This document shows positions 25,321-34,055 of a stretch of 63,083 nucleotides of DNA, piece by piece (positions within the stretch are counted from its first letter, which is position 1; each line of letters opens with the position of its first letter). The position numbers and the translations under genes are program-made. The stretch is from a virus. Taxonomy: Duplodnaviria; Caudoviricetes. The stretch lies in IMG/VR virus record IMGVR_UViG_3300024302_000009, positions 1 through 63,083 of that record; one strand, given 5' to 3'. The notes beneath the pieces are model-generated. The model saw only the letters and a program-made list of their open reading frames with translations. It had not been told where the DNA came from and searched no databases.

Positions 25321-25986
25321 ATGGCTCTACGACTTAAAGACATAGACTTTGTGATAGCTAATAGTTTTGGGGATGGTGCGGAGTACAGGGATAGTGTGCT
25401 GTATGGCAGTAGCATGTACCCCGACCCATACGCTGCCGTACACCACGTAACTGTTATTACCACTCGCAATTCACTTATGGCTGTGCGGCTCACAAAGCAA
25501 AACCATAAGGTAGTAGGTGACCTTCGGCCCGAGCTGGAGGAGATGAGAGTTTCCCGTATTCGTACATACAATACATATGCTTGGTATGATGGGCCTCAAT
25601 GTGGTGGTACTTACACTAGTACTGCCTCAGACAGTGTTACCCTTAATGCTGAGTTTGATACAGCAGAAAGGTACATGGAGGTAAGTGCAGAGCTGGATGA
25701 TATGCTTAGGGAAGAGGCCGCATCGGGGAGACGCCCCACAGCAGCTATCCCTAGTACCCAGTATGAAGGGCATGACGCAGTATCAGCACAACGAGTAGAC
25801 ACAGCACTATCCGCACTAGTAGTAAGATCAAGGGAGATATACAATGCAAGAGTCGCAACTAATAACCTTACAACTCAGCAACTACCTAATCAAGATGGCT
25901 CAGGACGAAGTACAACTGCCGCAGGAATTAGTACAGGTTATGGCAGACAATCTAGCCGCTACTTTCAGTTCACAGCGGAACTCTGA
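25321..25986 (+). CDS. Hypothetical protein (3' end overlaps the exonuclease gene)
   Basis: Strong AAGGAG RBS, 221 aa. Confidence 0.6.
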   Translation: MALRLKDIDFVIANSFGDGAEYRDSVLYGSSMYPDPYAAVHHVTVITTRNSLMAVRLTKQNHKVVGDLRPELEEMRVSRIRTYNTYAWYDGPQCGGTYTSTASDSVTLNAEFDTAERYMEVSAELDDMLREEAASGRRPTAAIPSTQYEGHDAVSAQRVDTALSALVVRSREIYNARVATNNLTTQQLPNQDGSGRSTTAAGISTGYGRQSSRYFQFTAEL

Positions 25987-26713
25987 TTTTTCCCTACGGA
26001 TGTCTAACGTAGGCAAGCCCTTGTGCCAATTAGTTATGGCTAGGGATGGTGCAAAGAGGGACCCCATTCATCCCACACAGATGCCAGTAAGGTTCGCCAC
26101 TGGAAATCTAATGGAAGAATGGTTTGTGGCTGTAATGCACGCAGCCGGGATACCAATCGAGGGATACCAGACCAAAGCCAAACTTGATATCGCTGATACG
26201 TCCATATCAGGGACCAGCGATCTGATCATATATGGCAAGGTCTGGGACTTGAAGACTGCCTCTGACTTCGCGTTTAAAAAGTACGAGCGTGATGGTTATG
26301 AGGGAATGAAAGCAGACGACCCTTTCGGTTATGTAGGTCAGGGTTTTATGTACGCCAAAGCACATGATAAACCATTGGGAGGGTGGATTATCATCAATAA
26401 GAGTAATGGCAAATTCGTTGTTATCTCCGCGCCGGAGGAGCAGGAGGAGGAAATAAAGGAAGTACTGGAGAATGTCGCAACCAGCATCAAGTACATCAAT
26501 GAGGGAGGAGAATTTAAAAGGGGCTTTGACGATGAGGAGGAGAAGTTCCGTAGTAATCCCACAGGTAATCGCAAGTTAAAGTTTGGTTGTGAATGGTGTG
26601 ACTACAAAGCTGCTTGTTGGCCTGATCTTACTCATGCACCCGCAGCCTTTAGTAAAGCCAAGGATCGTAAGTGGGTTTACTACACTGAACTAAATAACAC
26701 GTTGGACGAATGA
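25844..26713 (+). CDS. PD-(D/E)xK (Cas4-like) exonuclease
   Basis: RMSNVGKPLCQ, GTSD, WDLKTAS, YVGQ and CEWCDYKAACW motifs. Confidence 0.88.
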   Translation: MQESQLITLQLSNYLIKMAQDEVQLPQELVQVMADNLAATFSSQRNSDFSLRMSNVGKPLCQLVMARDGAKRDPIHPTQMPVRFATGNLMEEWFVAVMHAAGIPIEGYQTKAKLDIADTSISGTSDLIIYGKVWDLKTASDFAFKKYERDGYEGMKADDPFGYVGQGFMYAKAHDKPLGGWIIINKSNGKFVVISAPEEQEEEIKEVLENVATSIKYINEGGEFKRGFDDEEEKFRSNPTGNRKLKFGCEWCDYKAACWPDLTHAPAAFSKAKDRKWVYYTELNNTLDE

Positions 26714-27048
26714 AAACAAGTAGCGCCAAGCAGAAGGGTAGGAAACTGCAACAATGGGTAAGGGATCAGTTTTTAGCGATATTTCCTGATCTTGAGCCAG
26801 ATGATGTAAGGTCTACCTCTATGGGGGCGGGGGGTGAGGATGTACAGTTGTCCCCCGCTGCTCGTAAGCTTATACCATTAGTTATTGAGTGTAAAAATGT
26901 AGAGAAGTTAAATGTGTGGGCTGCATATGATCAAGCTAAGGAGCATAAAGAAAAAGGTGAGCCTGTTGTTGTGATGAAGAAGAACCACAGAGAGCCACTA
27001 GTGGTCATAGACGCAGAGTACTTTTTTAGGATGTTGAAAAATGAGTGA
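26710..27048 (+). CDS. Holliday junction resolvase-like endonuclease
   Basis: SAKQKGRKLQ, GEDV and IECKN motifs. Confidence 0.8.
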   Translation: MKTSSAKQKGRKLQQWVRDQFLAIFPDLEPDDVRSTSMGAGGEDVQLSPAARKLIPLVIECKNVEKLNVWAAYDQAKEHKEKGEPVVVMKKNHREPLVVIDAEYFFRMLKNE

Positions 27049-27292
27049 TGATAAAATGGGCGTAGACATGGAGAATAATATTATCACCATGCAGACGGAT
27101 TGTAGCTACGTTGTGTTTAAAGAGAGTGAAGAGGGGCGGCTACGTACTTTTAGTTACACGGGCAAGGACTGCTCTGACATATTGTACGTACTGATTAATG
27201 GAATGTTAATGCATTTGGAAAACAACCAAGACTTTTTATTGGACTACGCAGGGGAGCATGATGAAGATTATAAGCCAGTGGTGGTACATTGA
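27041..27292 (+). CDS. Hypothetical protein
   Basis: 83 aa, coupled. Confidence 0.6.
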   Translation: MSDDKMGVDMENNIITMQTDCSYVVFKESEEGRLRTFSYTGKDCSDILYVLINGMLMHLENNQDFLLDYAGEHDEDYKPVVVH

Positions 27293-27795
27293 TGTTAGCA
27301 AACAAAACAGACAAAGACTCTGTTAAAGAGTATTTAGAAAATAGAGTTAATAAATATTCTCCAATATTTGATACTGATTGCTGTTGGTTTTGGTCCCGTG
27401 GCGTTAACACAAGTGGATATGGTCACATAGGACCTAATCGTATAAGTGCTCACTATGGAGTCACTACGGCGCATAAGCTATCTTACTTAGTGCATAATGG
27501 GGAAGTACCTGAAGGACAGTGTGTATTACATACGTGCGATAACAAAATATGCATAAACCCCAACCATTTGTTTTTAGGTACGCACCAAGACAACATGGAT
27601 GATATGGTGCGCAAAGGTAGATCAGACACTTCTTCAGGTGAAGACCACCCCATGTCAGTGCTGTCAACCCTAGATGTTTTACGTATAAGAGATTGCAAAG
27701 ACCACAATACTTCTGTAGAGCTATCCCGTATGTTTGATGTTAGCCCCAGAACAATAAGAGATATATGGAATAGACATACTTGGAAGGATGTATAA
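27292..27795 (+). CDS. HNH homing endonuclease with C-terminal HTH
   Basis: CWFW..GYG, AHKLSY and VLHTCDNKICINPNHLFLGTHQDN motifs. Confidence 0.9.
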   Translation: MLANKTDKDSVKEYLENRVNKYSPIFDTDCCWFWSRGVNTSGYGHIGPNRISAHYGVTTAHKLSYLVHNGEVPEGQCVLHTCDNKICINPNHLFLGTHQDNMDDMVRKGRSDTSSGEDHPMSVLSTLDVLRIRDCKDHNTSVELSRMFDVSPRTIRDIWNRHTWKDV

Positions 27796-27796
27796 A

Positions 27797-28570
27797 ATGA
27801 GTACTCATATGGTTATAGGTGATACCCACTCCAAACCGGGGCAAAGTTTAGAGAGATTTCATATGTTGGGGGAGTTTGCTTTGAAATATCGCCCTAATGA
27901 AATTATATGTTTAGGAGATTTTGCGGACATGGAGTCTCTGTGCTCCTACGACTTTGGCAAGAAGAGCTTTGAGGGTCGCAGGTACAACAAGGATGTAGAG
28001 TCTTGTAGAGAGTCTCTGGCCGCCTTTAACGCCCCTATAGATGCATACAATAGGCGTCAGGCATTGAACCGCAAGGTACAGTGGCGTCCTAAGCGCACCA
28101 TGCTAGGTGGCAACCATGATGAGGCACGCATCAATCGTGTGATTGAGCTTGATCCCAAGATGGACGGCACTATCAGTATGGATGATCTGGGCTACACAGA
28201 TTACGGGTGGGACTATCAGCCCTTCCTACAGCCTAAGAACATTGACGGTGTGCTCTACAACCACTACTTTGTGAGTGGTGTCATGGGGCGTCCTATTGGG
28301 GGAGAGAACTCAGCACGCAGCCTCCTAATGAAGAACATGGTATCCTCTACAGCAGGACACTCACATGTGTATGACTACGCCAACAGGACAACTCCAGAGG
28401 GTAAACGTATTCATGGGCTGTCAGCAGGGTGCTACTTTGAGGAGAGTATGGATTTTGCACGTAGCACAGAACATCTGTGGTGGAGAGGTATTTTCTTGAA
28501 GCATAATGTTGAAGATGGGGATTATGATCTTGAGACATTTAGCATGAGGCGGTTGAGGGAGATTTTGTAA
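27797..28570 (+). CDS. Calcineurin-like metallophosphoesterase
   Basis: GDTH, LGDFAD, GNHD and GHSH motifs. Confidence 0.88.
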   Translation: MSTHMVIGDTHSKPGQSLERFHMLGEFALKYRPNEIICLGDFADMESLCSYDFGKKSFEGRRYNKDVESCRESLAAFNAPIDAYNRRQALNRKVQWRPKRTMLGGNHDEARINRVIELDPKMDGTISMDDLGYTDYGWDYQPFLQPKNIDGVLYNHYFVSGVMGRPIGGENSARSLLMKNMVSSTAGHSHVYDYANRTTPEGKRIHGLSAGCYFEESMDFARSTEHLWWRGIFLKHNVEDGDYDLETFSMRRLREIL

Positions 28571-28782
28571 TGCGTGGCGAAGTACAAGACTTTATGGAAA
28601 TGATGAGGAAACGCTTTTTGAACTACGAACAATACCAAGCATTGCTGGAGGAGGAGCATAAGAAATACCCTCCCCATCACTTAACGTCTAAGTATGCAGA
28701 CAGAATAATTGCGGACCTAGAGAGACAGATTAAAGAATTGAAGGAGGAGTTAGATGCTGTACAATTATCAAACAATCGGTGA
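28570..28782 (+). CDS. Hypothetical coiled-coil protein
   Basis: 70 aa, coupled. Confidence 0.6.
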   Translation: MRGEVQDFMEMMRKRFLNYEQYQALLEEEHKKYPPHHLTSKYADRIIADLERQIKELKEELDAVQLSNNR

Positions 28783-29155
28783 CAAGTTAAACATTTTCCA
28801 TGCCAAGATGGGGGAGCATATTCCTTACAAGTATGATAACTCCTTGCTACGGCTCAGGAAAGAATTGATTAGTGAAGAGTTTGATGAGACATGGGACGCA
28901 ATTCAAGAAATTGAAGACCTTGCGTATTCAGAAGAGAGTGAGAAAGTACTCAGAGGCAAACTACTAAAGGAGCTTTGTGATTTAGTGTATGTAGCAGTGG
29001 GTACAGCAGCGCAACTTGGTATGGACTTTGACTCTGCTATGAACAGAGTACACAAGAACAATATGACTAAATGGGAGAACCCCCGTTTTCGTGAAGATGG
29101 AAAACTTCTAAAACCTGAGGGATATGAAACTGTTAATTTGGAAGACCTAGTATAA
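28754..29155 (+). CDS. MazG-like NTP pyrophosphohydrolase
   Basis: LISEEFDE, KELCDLVYV, VHKNNMTK and REDGKLLKP motifs. Confidence 0.88.
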   Translation: MLYNYQTIGDKLNIFHAKMGEHIPYKYDNSLLRLRKELISEEFDETWDAIQEIEDLAYSEESEKVLRGKLLKELCDLVYVAVGTAAQLGMDFDSAMNRVHKNNMTKWENPRFREDGKLLKPEGYETVNLEDLV

Positions 29156-29430
29156 TGGCACACTACATTAAGATACACGACTTGGGCAATAACCCTTTCT
29201 TTGCGGATCAGATGCAGTTGGTAAAAGACTTGGATATTGGGGCCTTTAAGGTTTATGGTATCCCCCTCGGTAACGTACACACGTTCATTGAGTTCGCTCA
29301 GGAGAATGCTGAAGACTTTGAGCAGTTTGTGAATAAGAAGGCTTTGCTTAGTGGGGAGCTGGTTGCGGCCCCTACTGACGAGGAAGATGTTGACAAGTTT
29401 ATCGAAGCTGAATTTACTGAAAGCGAATAA
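29155..29430 (+). CDS. Hypothetical acidic protein
   Basis: 91 aa, coupled. Confidence 0.65.
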   Translation: MAHYIKIHDLGNNPFFADQMQLVKDLDIGAFKVYGIPLGNVHTFIEFAQENAEDFEQFVNKKALLSGELVAAPTDEEDVDKFIEAEFTESE

Positions 29431-31127
29431 TGAATAAAGTATATGGCCCTACACTACCAATTTCAGAAGAGTTACATGCACAAAAATACAGGGGGGAAGG
29501 CGAGAGTTTTGAAGAGGGTGTAATCCGTGGAGCTGGTGCTGTTGCGGACGATGAGGCTCACTACGCTAAGGTGGTGGATATCAACAAGAACATGCGTTTC
29601 CTGCCAGCAGGGCGTGTTCAGGCGGCTATGGGCAGTGCACGTAATGTAACACCCTACAACTGCTTTGTGAGTTCCACTATCGAAGATAGCATGGATAGTA
29701 TCATGCGTGCTGCTACAGAAGCAGCAGAAACCATGAGACTAGGAGGCGGCATTGGATATGACTTTAGTAGATTACGCCCAGAGGGGGATCGCATTGTATC
29801 TCTCGACAGTACATCAAGTGGCCCCATTTCATTCATGGAAATATTTGATGCTATCTGCGGTACTATCATGGCAGCAGGGCATAGGCGCGGTGCGCAGATG
29901 GCTGTCCTTAGGGTAGATCATCCAGACATTGAGAAGTTCATCAGGGCCAAGCAGAACGAAGAGAAGTTCAAGCGGTTCAACGTATCCGTAGCTGTTACAG
30001 ATAAGTTCATGCAAGCAGCTATTGATGGTGATGATTTTGATTTGGTATTTGATGGTCGTGTTTACGGTCGTGTCAATGCGTCAGCTTTGCTGGATGAGAT
30101 CATGCGCTCCACATGGAACTGGGCTGAACCCGGAGTACTGTTCATTGATCGCATCAATGAGATGAACAACTTGTACTATTGTGAGGAATTGGCAGCTACA
30201 AACCCTTGTGGTGAGCAGCCACTGCCTCCTAATGGTGCCTGTCTGTTGGGTAGCTTCAACCTAACCATGTACATCAAGGAGGATAATAATGGTAAGCGGT
30301 ACTTTGATTACGGTGCTTTTGAAAACGATATTGCTCCTACTGTTCGGGCTATGGACAATGTTGTTGACAGGGCTGTGTATCCGCTTCCGTCACAGCAGTT
30401 GGAAGCAGAGTCTAAAAGACGTATGGGCTTGGGCGTTACTGGGCTGGCTAATGCAGGGGAGTCTCTTGGTTTACCTTATGGCACTCCTAGATTTATAAAG
30501 TTCACGGAGTCTGTTCTAAGTATCTTAGCCAACACTGCGTATATGGCCTCTGCTATGTTAGCAAAAGAAAAGGGAGCGTTCCCACTATACGATAAGGAGA
30601 AATATCTTGCTGGAGCTTTCATCAAAACTCTGGACGACTCAGTACAAAAAGCTATTGCTAAGCACGGTATTCGTAACTCCCATCTCACTAGTATCGCTCC
30701 TACTGGAACAATTAGCCTTACTGCAAACAATGTTTCATCGGGGGGAGAACCAGTATTCGCCCTTAAATATGATAGGACGATCAATACACTCCGTGGAGTT
30801 GTGGTTGAAAGTGTTACTGACTACGCATTCCGTGAGTGGGGTGTTAGAGGTAGGACTGCCTCGGAGCTGAGTGCAGATGACCACCTGAGGGTACTGGTTG
30901 CCATGCAGAAGTATGTGGACAGTGCAGTATCCAAGACTTGTAATGTGTCACCAGACATGCCATTTGATGAGTTCAAGATGTTGTACATCAACGCATGGAA
31001 GGGTAAGTGTAAAGGTATTACGACATACAATCCAGAAGGTAACAGAAAAGGAGTGCTGAATGTTACAGAAGAAAGCGAAGGAGCAGCCTGTTGGATCAAT
31101 CCCGATGGGTCTAAGTCTTGCGAATGA
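29430..31127 (+). CDS. nrdJ: Class II (B12-dependent) ribonucleotide reductase
   Basis: FLPAGR, NCFV, RRGAQM, TNPCGEQ, IAPTGT and a C-terminal C...SCE. No beta subunit gene seen. Confidence 0.88.
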   Translation: MNKVYGPTLPISEELHAQKYRGEGESFEEGVIRGAGAVADDEAHYAKVVDINKNMRFLPAGRVQAAMGSARNVTPYNCFVSSTIEDSMDSIMRAATEAAETMRLGGGIGYDFSRLRPEGDRIVSLDSTSSGPISFMEIFDAICGTIMAAGHRRGAQMAVLRVDHPDIEKFIRAKQNEEKFKRFNVSVAVTDKFMQAAIDGDDFDLVFDGRVYGRVNASALLDEIMRSTWNWAEPGVLFIDRINEMNNLYYCEELAATNPCGEQPLPPNGACLLGSFNLTMYIKEDNNGKRYFDYGAFENDIAPTVRAMDNVVDRAVYPLPSQQLEAESKRRMGLGVTGLANAGESLGLPYGTPRFIKFTESVLSILANTAYMASAMLAKEKGAFPLYDKEKYLAGAFIKTLDDSVQKAIAKHGIRNSHLTSIAPTGTISLTANNVSSGGEPVFALKYDRTINTLRGVVVESVTDYAFREWGVRGRTASELSADDHLRVLVAMQKYVDSAVSKTCNVSPDMPFDEFKMLYINAWKGKCKGITTYNPEGNRKGVLNVTEESEGAACWINPDGSKSCE

Positions 31128-31388
31128 GCAATATTATACTGGTATGCTAAGAGGTATGCATATTATGCAAGACGCGGCCCTTAATGGTATGCAAAGTATG
31201 GATGTAGACAAGCGCGAGGTCTTTAAGATGGTATCCGAGCTTGTGGGATGGAGTATGATGATGGAGACTATATCAAAAGATGAAACATCCTAAGGAAAAC
31301 TGCTTCACTTGCACACTATACGCACATTGGCAAAAGCAACAGGCACTACAGAAACCAATCATAGATGTAGAATTTGAGGAGATAAAAG

Positions 31389-31637
31389 ATGGGCCAGAGA
31401 GAGGACGTACAGATGGTGGGTCTGTTGCAGCAGATAGCGGCGCTGCTACAGGACATGTCGATAGCATCACAGGTGATGGAAGCGAAACCGGAACCAGTGA
31501 AGGCAAAGGAGAAGGTGGAAAGGTTGACATCAGGGTGTAAAGACCATCCTAATTATTCCGGCCAACGTAAACCACGAAGCGAGTGTCCCCACTGTTGGGA
31601 GAGCTATGATGAGAAAAACAAAGGGAAAGCAAAATGA
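31389..31637 (+). CDS. Small Zn-binding hypothetical protein
   Basis: GAGGAG RBS, CKDH...CPHC. Overlaps ORF 31280-31540 in another frame. Confidence 0.55.
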   Translation: MGQREDVQMVGLLQQIAALLQDMSIASQVMEAKPEPVKAKEKVERLTSGCKDHPNYSGQRKPRSECPHCWESYDEKNKGKAK

Positions 31638-31796
31638 GTAAGAAGTTGTGCCATGCGTGCGTTGACCCCCGCGATACTGGACTACCGTTCTATGCGCTGT
31701 GGGATGATGGAGAGTATGTAGAATGTTATTTTTGTGAGGGTACAGGACGTAAACTCACACTTAAAGAAATGGAAAAAAGGGAACAGGAGATGGAAA

Positions 31797-31985
31797 ATGA
31801 AAGTTGAACTAGAGATTGAGAGCCTTGACGAATTTGTAATTACAGCACTACGTAACTCATATGAGCTTGTGGTACTGGATGACCTTAAGGGGCAAGAGGA
31901 GTTGCTAATTAGTATCCTTGATGTGTTAGAGTACTACACTATTCATGAAGAGCACATGGACTGGCTAAGCAGTCTGGCTGTGTGA
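31797..31985 (+). CDS. Hypothetical protein
   Basis: MKVELEIES... after GGAG. Confidence 0.55.
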   Translation: MKVELEIESLDEFVITALRNSYELVVLDDLKGQEELLISILDVLEYYTIHEEHMDWLSSLAV

Positions 31986-32218
31986 TGGCTTTTGGCACCA
32001 TTAATTATCTACCTTCACAAGTAGCTCTTAGCTCAAAGGAGTACAACATATGTATGCGAAAGTGTATGGAAGCAATAACAGAGAGGCTGATGGTTGATGA
32101 GAACAAAGAGACTATGTGCGTAGACGATATAGATACGCACCTCATGTCTCGGTTTATGACACCAGATGAAGACACTATTAGGATATCAGTCAGGACGGAT
32201 GTGTATAGGAGTTTTTAA
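31982..32218 (+). CDS. Hypothetical protein
   Basis: 78 aa, coupled. Confidence 0.55.
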   Translation: MMAFGTINYLPSQVALSSKEYNICMRKCMEAITERLMVDENKETMCVDDIDTHLMSRFMTPDEDTIRISVRTDVYRSF

Positions 32219-32520
32219 TGTACCTAGCGCCGAGTGTTAAGATAGCCCATTATGACTTCCTTATACAGCAGATGGGCGCAGTTATGGAGTCTGCTGAAGT
32301 GCATGGTATGTGTGATAAGAGTGGTCAGGTTATCTACATAGACACTGGTGCCACTAATGCCATCCAGAAGGATACTCTACTGCATGAGATAATGCACGCT
32401 ATCTGGTGGACTGCATACTTGGAGGATGAAGATAAAGAGGAACGGGTTGTCAGCAGCTTATCTACAGGGCTGTTACAGGTGCTGCGAGACAACCCTTGGG
32501 TGGGAGAAGCTATAAGATGA
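32218..32520 (+). CDS. Small HExxH metallopeptidase-like phage protein
   Basis: TLLHEIMHA...EERVV. Confidence 0.75.
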   Translation: MYLAPSVKIAHYDFLIQQMGAVMESAEVHGMCDKSGQVIYIDTGATNAIQKDTLLHEIMHAIWWTAYLEDEDKEERVVSSLSTGLLQVLRDNPWVGEAIR

Positions 32521-32882
32521 AAGTTGATGTGATACCAGAGCCTGTCGATACAGAAAATGTATACTTAGCAGGAGTCATTGATGGGGAGGGTTGTTTTGTA
32601 AGCACTATTGATAAACGCACTGGGAAACCTAATTGCTGGTTAGCTGTTGAGATGACAGACCTAGATGTGATACAGAGATTACATAAACAATACGGAGGGC
32701 ATTATCATGAGAATACTGCGCCCTCCCGTAAGCCTCATTTTAAGCAGAGTTGGAGATGGCGGTTAAACAAACAAAAAGATTTATTTGATTGTATTATACA
32801 TATCGGCCCTTACCTTTGTGAGCGCAGATACAAGAAAGCTAGTGAACTATTTGAAATATTGGAGCCTAAGGTATGCAAGTAG
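32517..32882 (+). CDS. Free-standing single-motif LAGLIDADG endonuclease
   Basis: YLAGVIDGEGCF and PYLCERR motifs. Sits immediately upstream of thyX. Confidence 0.85.
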   Translation: MKVDVIPEPVDTENVYLAGVIDGEGCFVSTIDKRTGKPNCWLAVEMTDLDVIQRLHKQYGGHYHENTAPSRKPHFKQSWRWRLNKQKDLFDCIIHIGPYLCERRYKKASELFEILEPKVCK

Positions 32883-33514
32883 AATTAGTATGGGCTACAC
32901 CTAACGGTGAGCAGCTTATTGCGGAGATGGCAAGAGTATCTAATCCAACCAATGCAAAAAACACAGAAACTGCACCTAACCTTATCAAATACCTCATAGA
33001 GCATTCTCATTGGAGTCCTTTTGAGATGGTGAATGTATGTATGTCTATTAAGTGTCCTAGAGATATTAGTAGACAGTTACTTAGGCACAGGTCTTTTACA
33101 TTTCAAGAATTTAGCCAAAGATACGCAAAAGTTGATAGTAATTTCATACCTAGAGACATTAGACTACAAGACACAGCTAACAGGCAGAATAGTATTTCTA
33201 TAAATCCTCATACAGAAGATAAAGAAGAGTTACTGGCAGTACACGATTGGTATGAAACTCAAAAGCGTATTCATAATATCACTAAATCAGAGTATGAGAG
33301 GCAGTTATCTAGGGGAGTAGCCAAAGAGGTTGCGCGTACTTTGTTACCTGAGGGGCTAACCCCAACCCATTTATATATGAATGGTACCCTACGTAGCTGG
33401 ATACATTTTTGTGGTGTTAGGTTAGGTGAGGAAACACAGAAGGAGACGAGGCAAGTGGCACAGATGATTGAGGATATTGTTAAACCCTTATTTCCAGTTT
33501 CATGGAGGCTTTGA
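32873..33514 (+). CDS. thyX: Flavin-dependent thymidylate synthase
   Basis: HWSPFE, RHRSFTFQEFSQRY, AKEVAR and TQKE motifs. Confidence 0.95.
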   Translation: MQVELVWATPNGEQLIAEMARVSNPTNAKNTETAPNLIKYLIEHSHWSPFEMVNVCMSIKCPRDISRQLLRHRSFTFQEFSQRYAKVDSNFIPRDIRLQDTANRQNSISINPHTEDKEELLAVHDWYETQKRIHNITKSEYERQLSRGVAKEVARTLLPEGLTPTHLYMNGTLRSWIHFCGVRLGEETQKETRQVAQMIEDIVKPLFPVSWRL

Positions 33515-33515
33515 A

Positions 33516-33854
33516 ATGAGTAGAGCAGAGACAGAGATTTGTGATGCACGACTATTCCTCAATACAGATGGTAACATCATCTTTGAGCTTGGGGAGTACC
33601 CACCAGCTCACCTAGCTGCTATACTAGATAGTAGTGAGGCTATGGGGCCACAGGAGAACCTATACAGCTTCCTAACGGCCCAACGTAGGTTCAAGGAAGT
33701 CTTTTGGGCACTACATGAAGAGATGGAGATGCACAACGGCAAGGAGGCAACCATCACATACGATGATGGGGAACAACTAGAGATAGAAACAGTACTGGAG
33801 GAAATGTATGGAGCACAAGATAAGCAGTCCGCAGCTACAGGTGGCAATAAATAG
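33516..33854 (+). CDS. Hypothetical protein
   Basis: MSRAETEIC... after GGAGG. Confidence 0.6.
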   Translation: MSRAETEICDARLFLNTDGNIIFELGEYPPAHLAAILDSSEAMGPQENLYSFLTAQRRFKEVFWALHEEMEMHNGKEATITYDDGEQLEIETVLEEMYGAQDKQSAATGGNK

Positions 33855-33985
33855 TCTGCTACCTTACCATGACACGTTGTCTAAGGAGAACAAGTTGGTG
33901 CTTACAACTTTACTACAGTTACAGTTAGTGAGGATGGCGGAAAAAGAAGCACAAGCCACACCAGCTACCACGTACATACAAGGCT

Positions 33986-34025
33986 AAAAATAAACCCTCC
34001 CCGGATTTCTCTAGGGAGGGTTTTC
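33986..34025. terminator. Bidirectional terminator between the convergent genome arms
   Basis: AAACCCTCCC...GGGAGGGTTT hairpin with A-rich and T-rich flanks. Confidence 0.85.
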
Positions 34026-34055
34026 TCGTTGTGAGCGAGTCTTCTTCTTTTCTTA

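Noticed and set aside
4208-33990. Alternative genetic code or stop-codon reassignment served by the tRNA-like RNAs
   Set aside because: Conserved genes are full length in the standard code, all three stop codons are used, and no suppressor anticodon loop is present.
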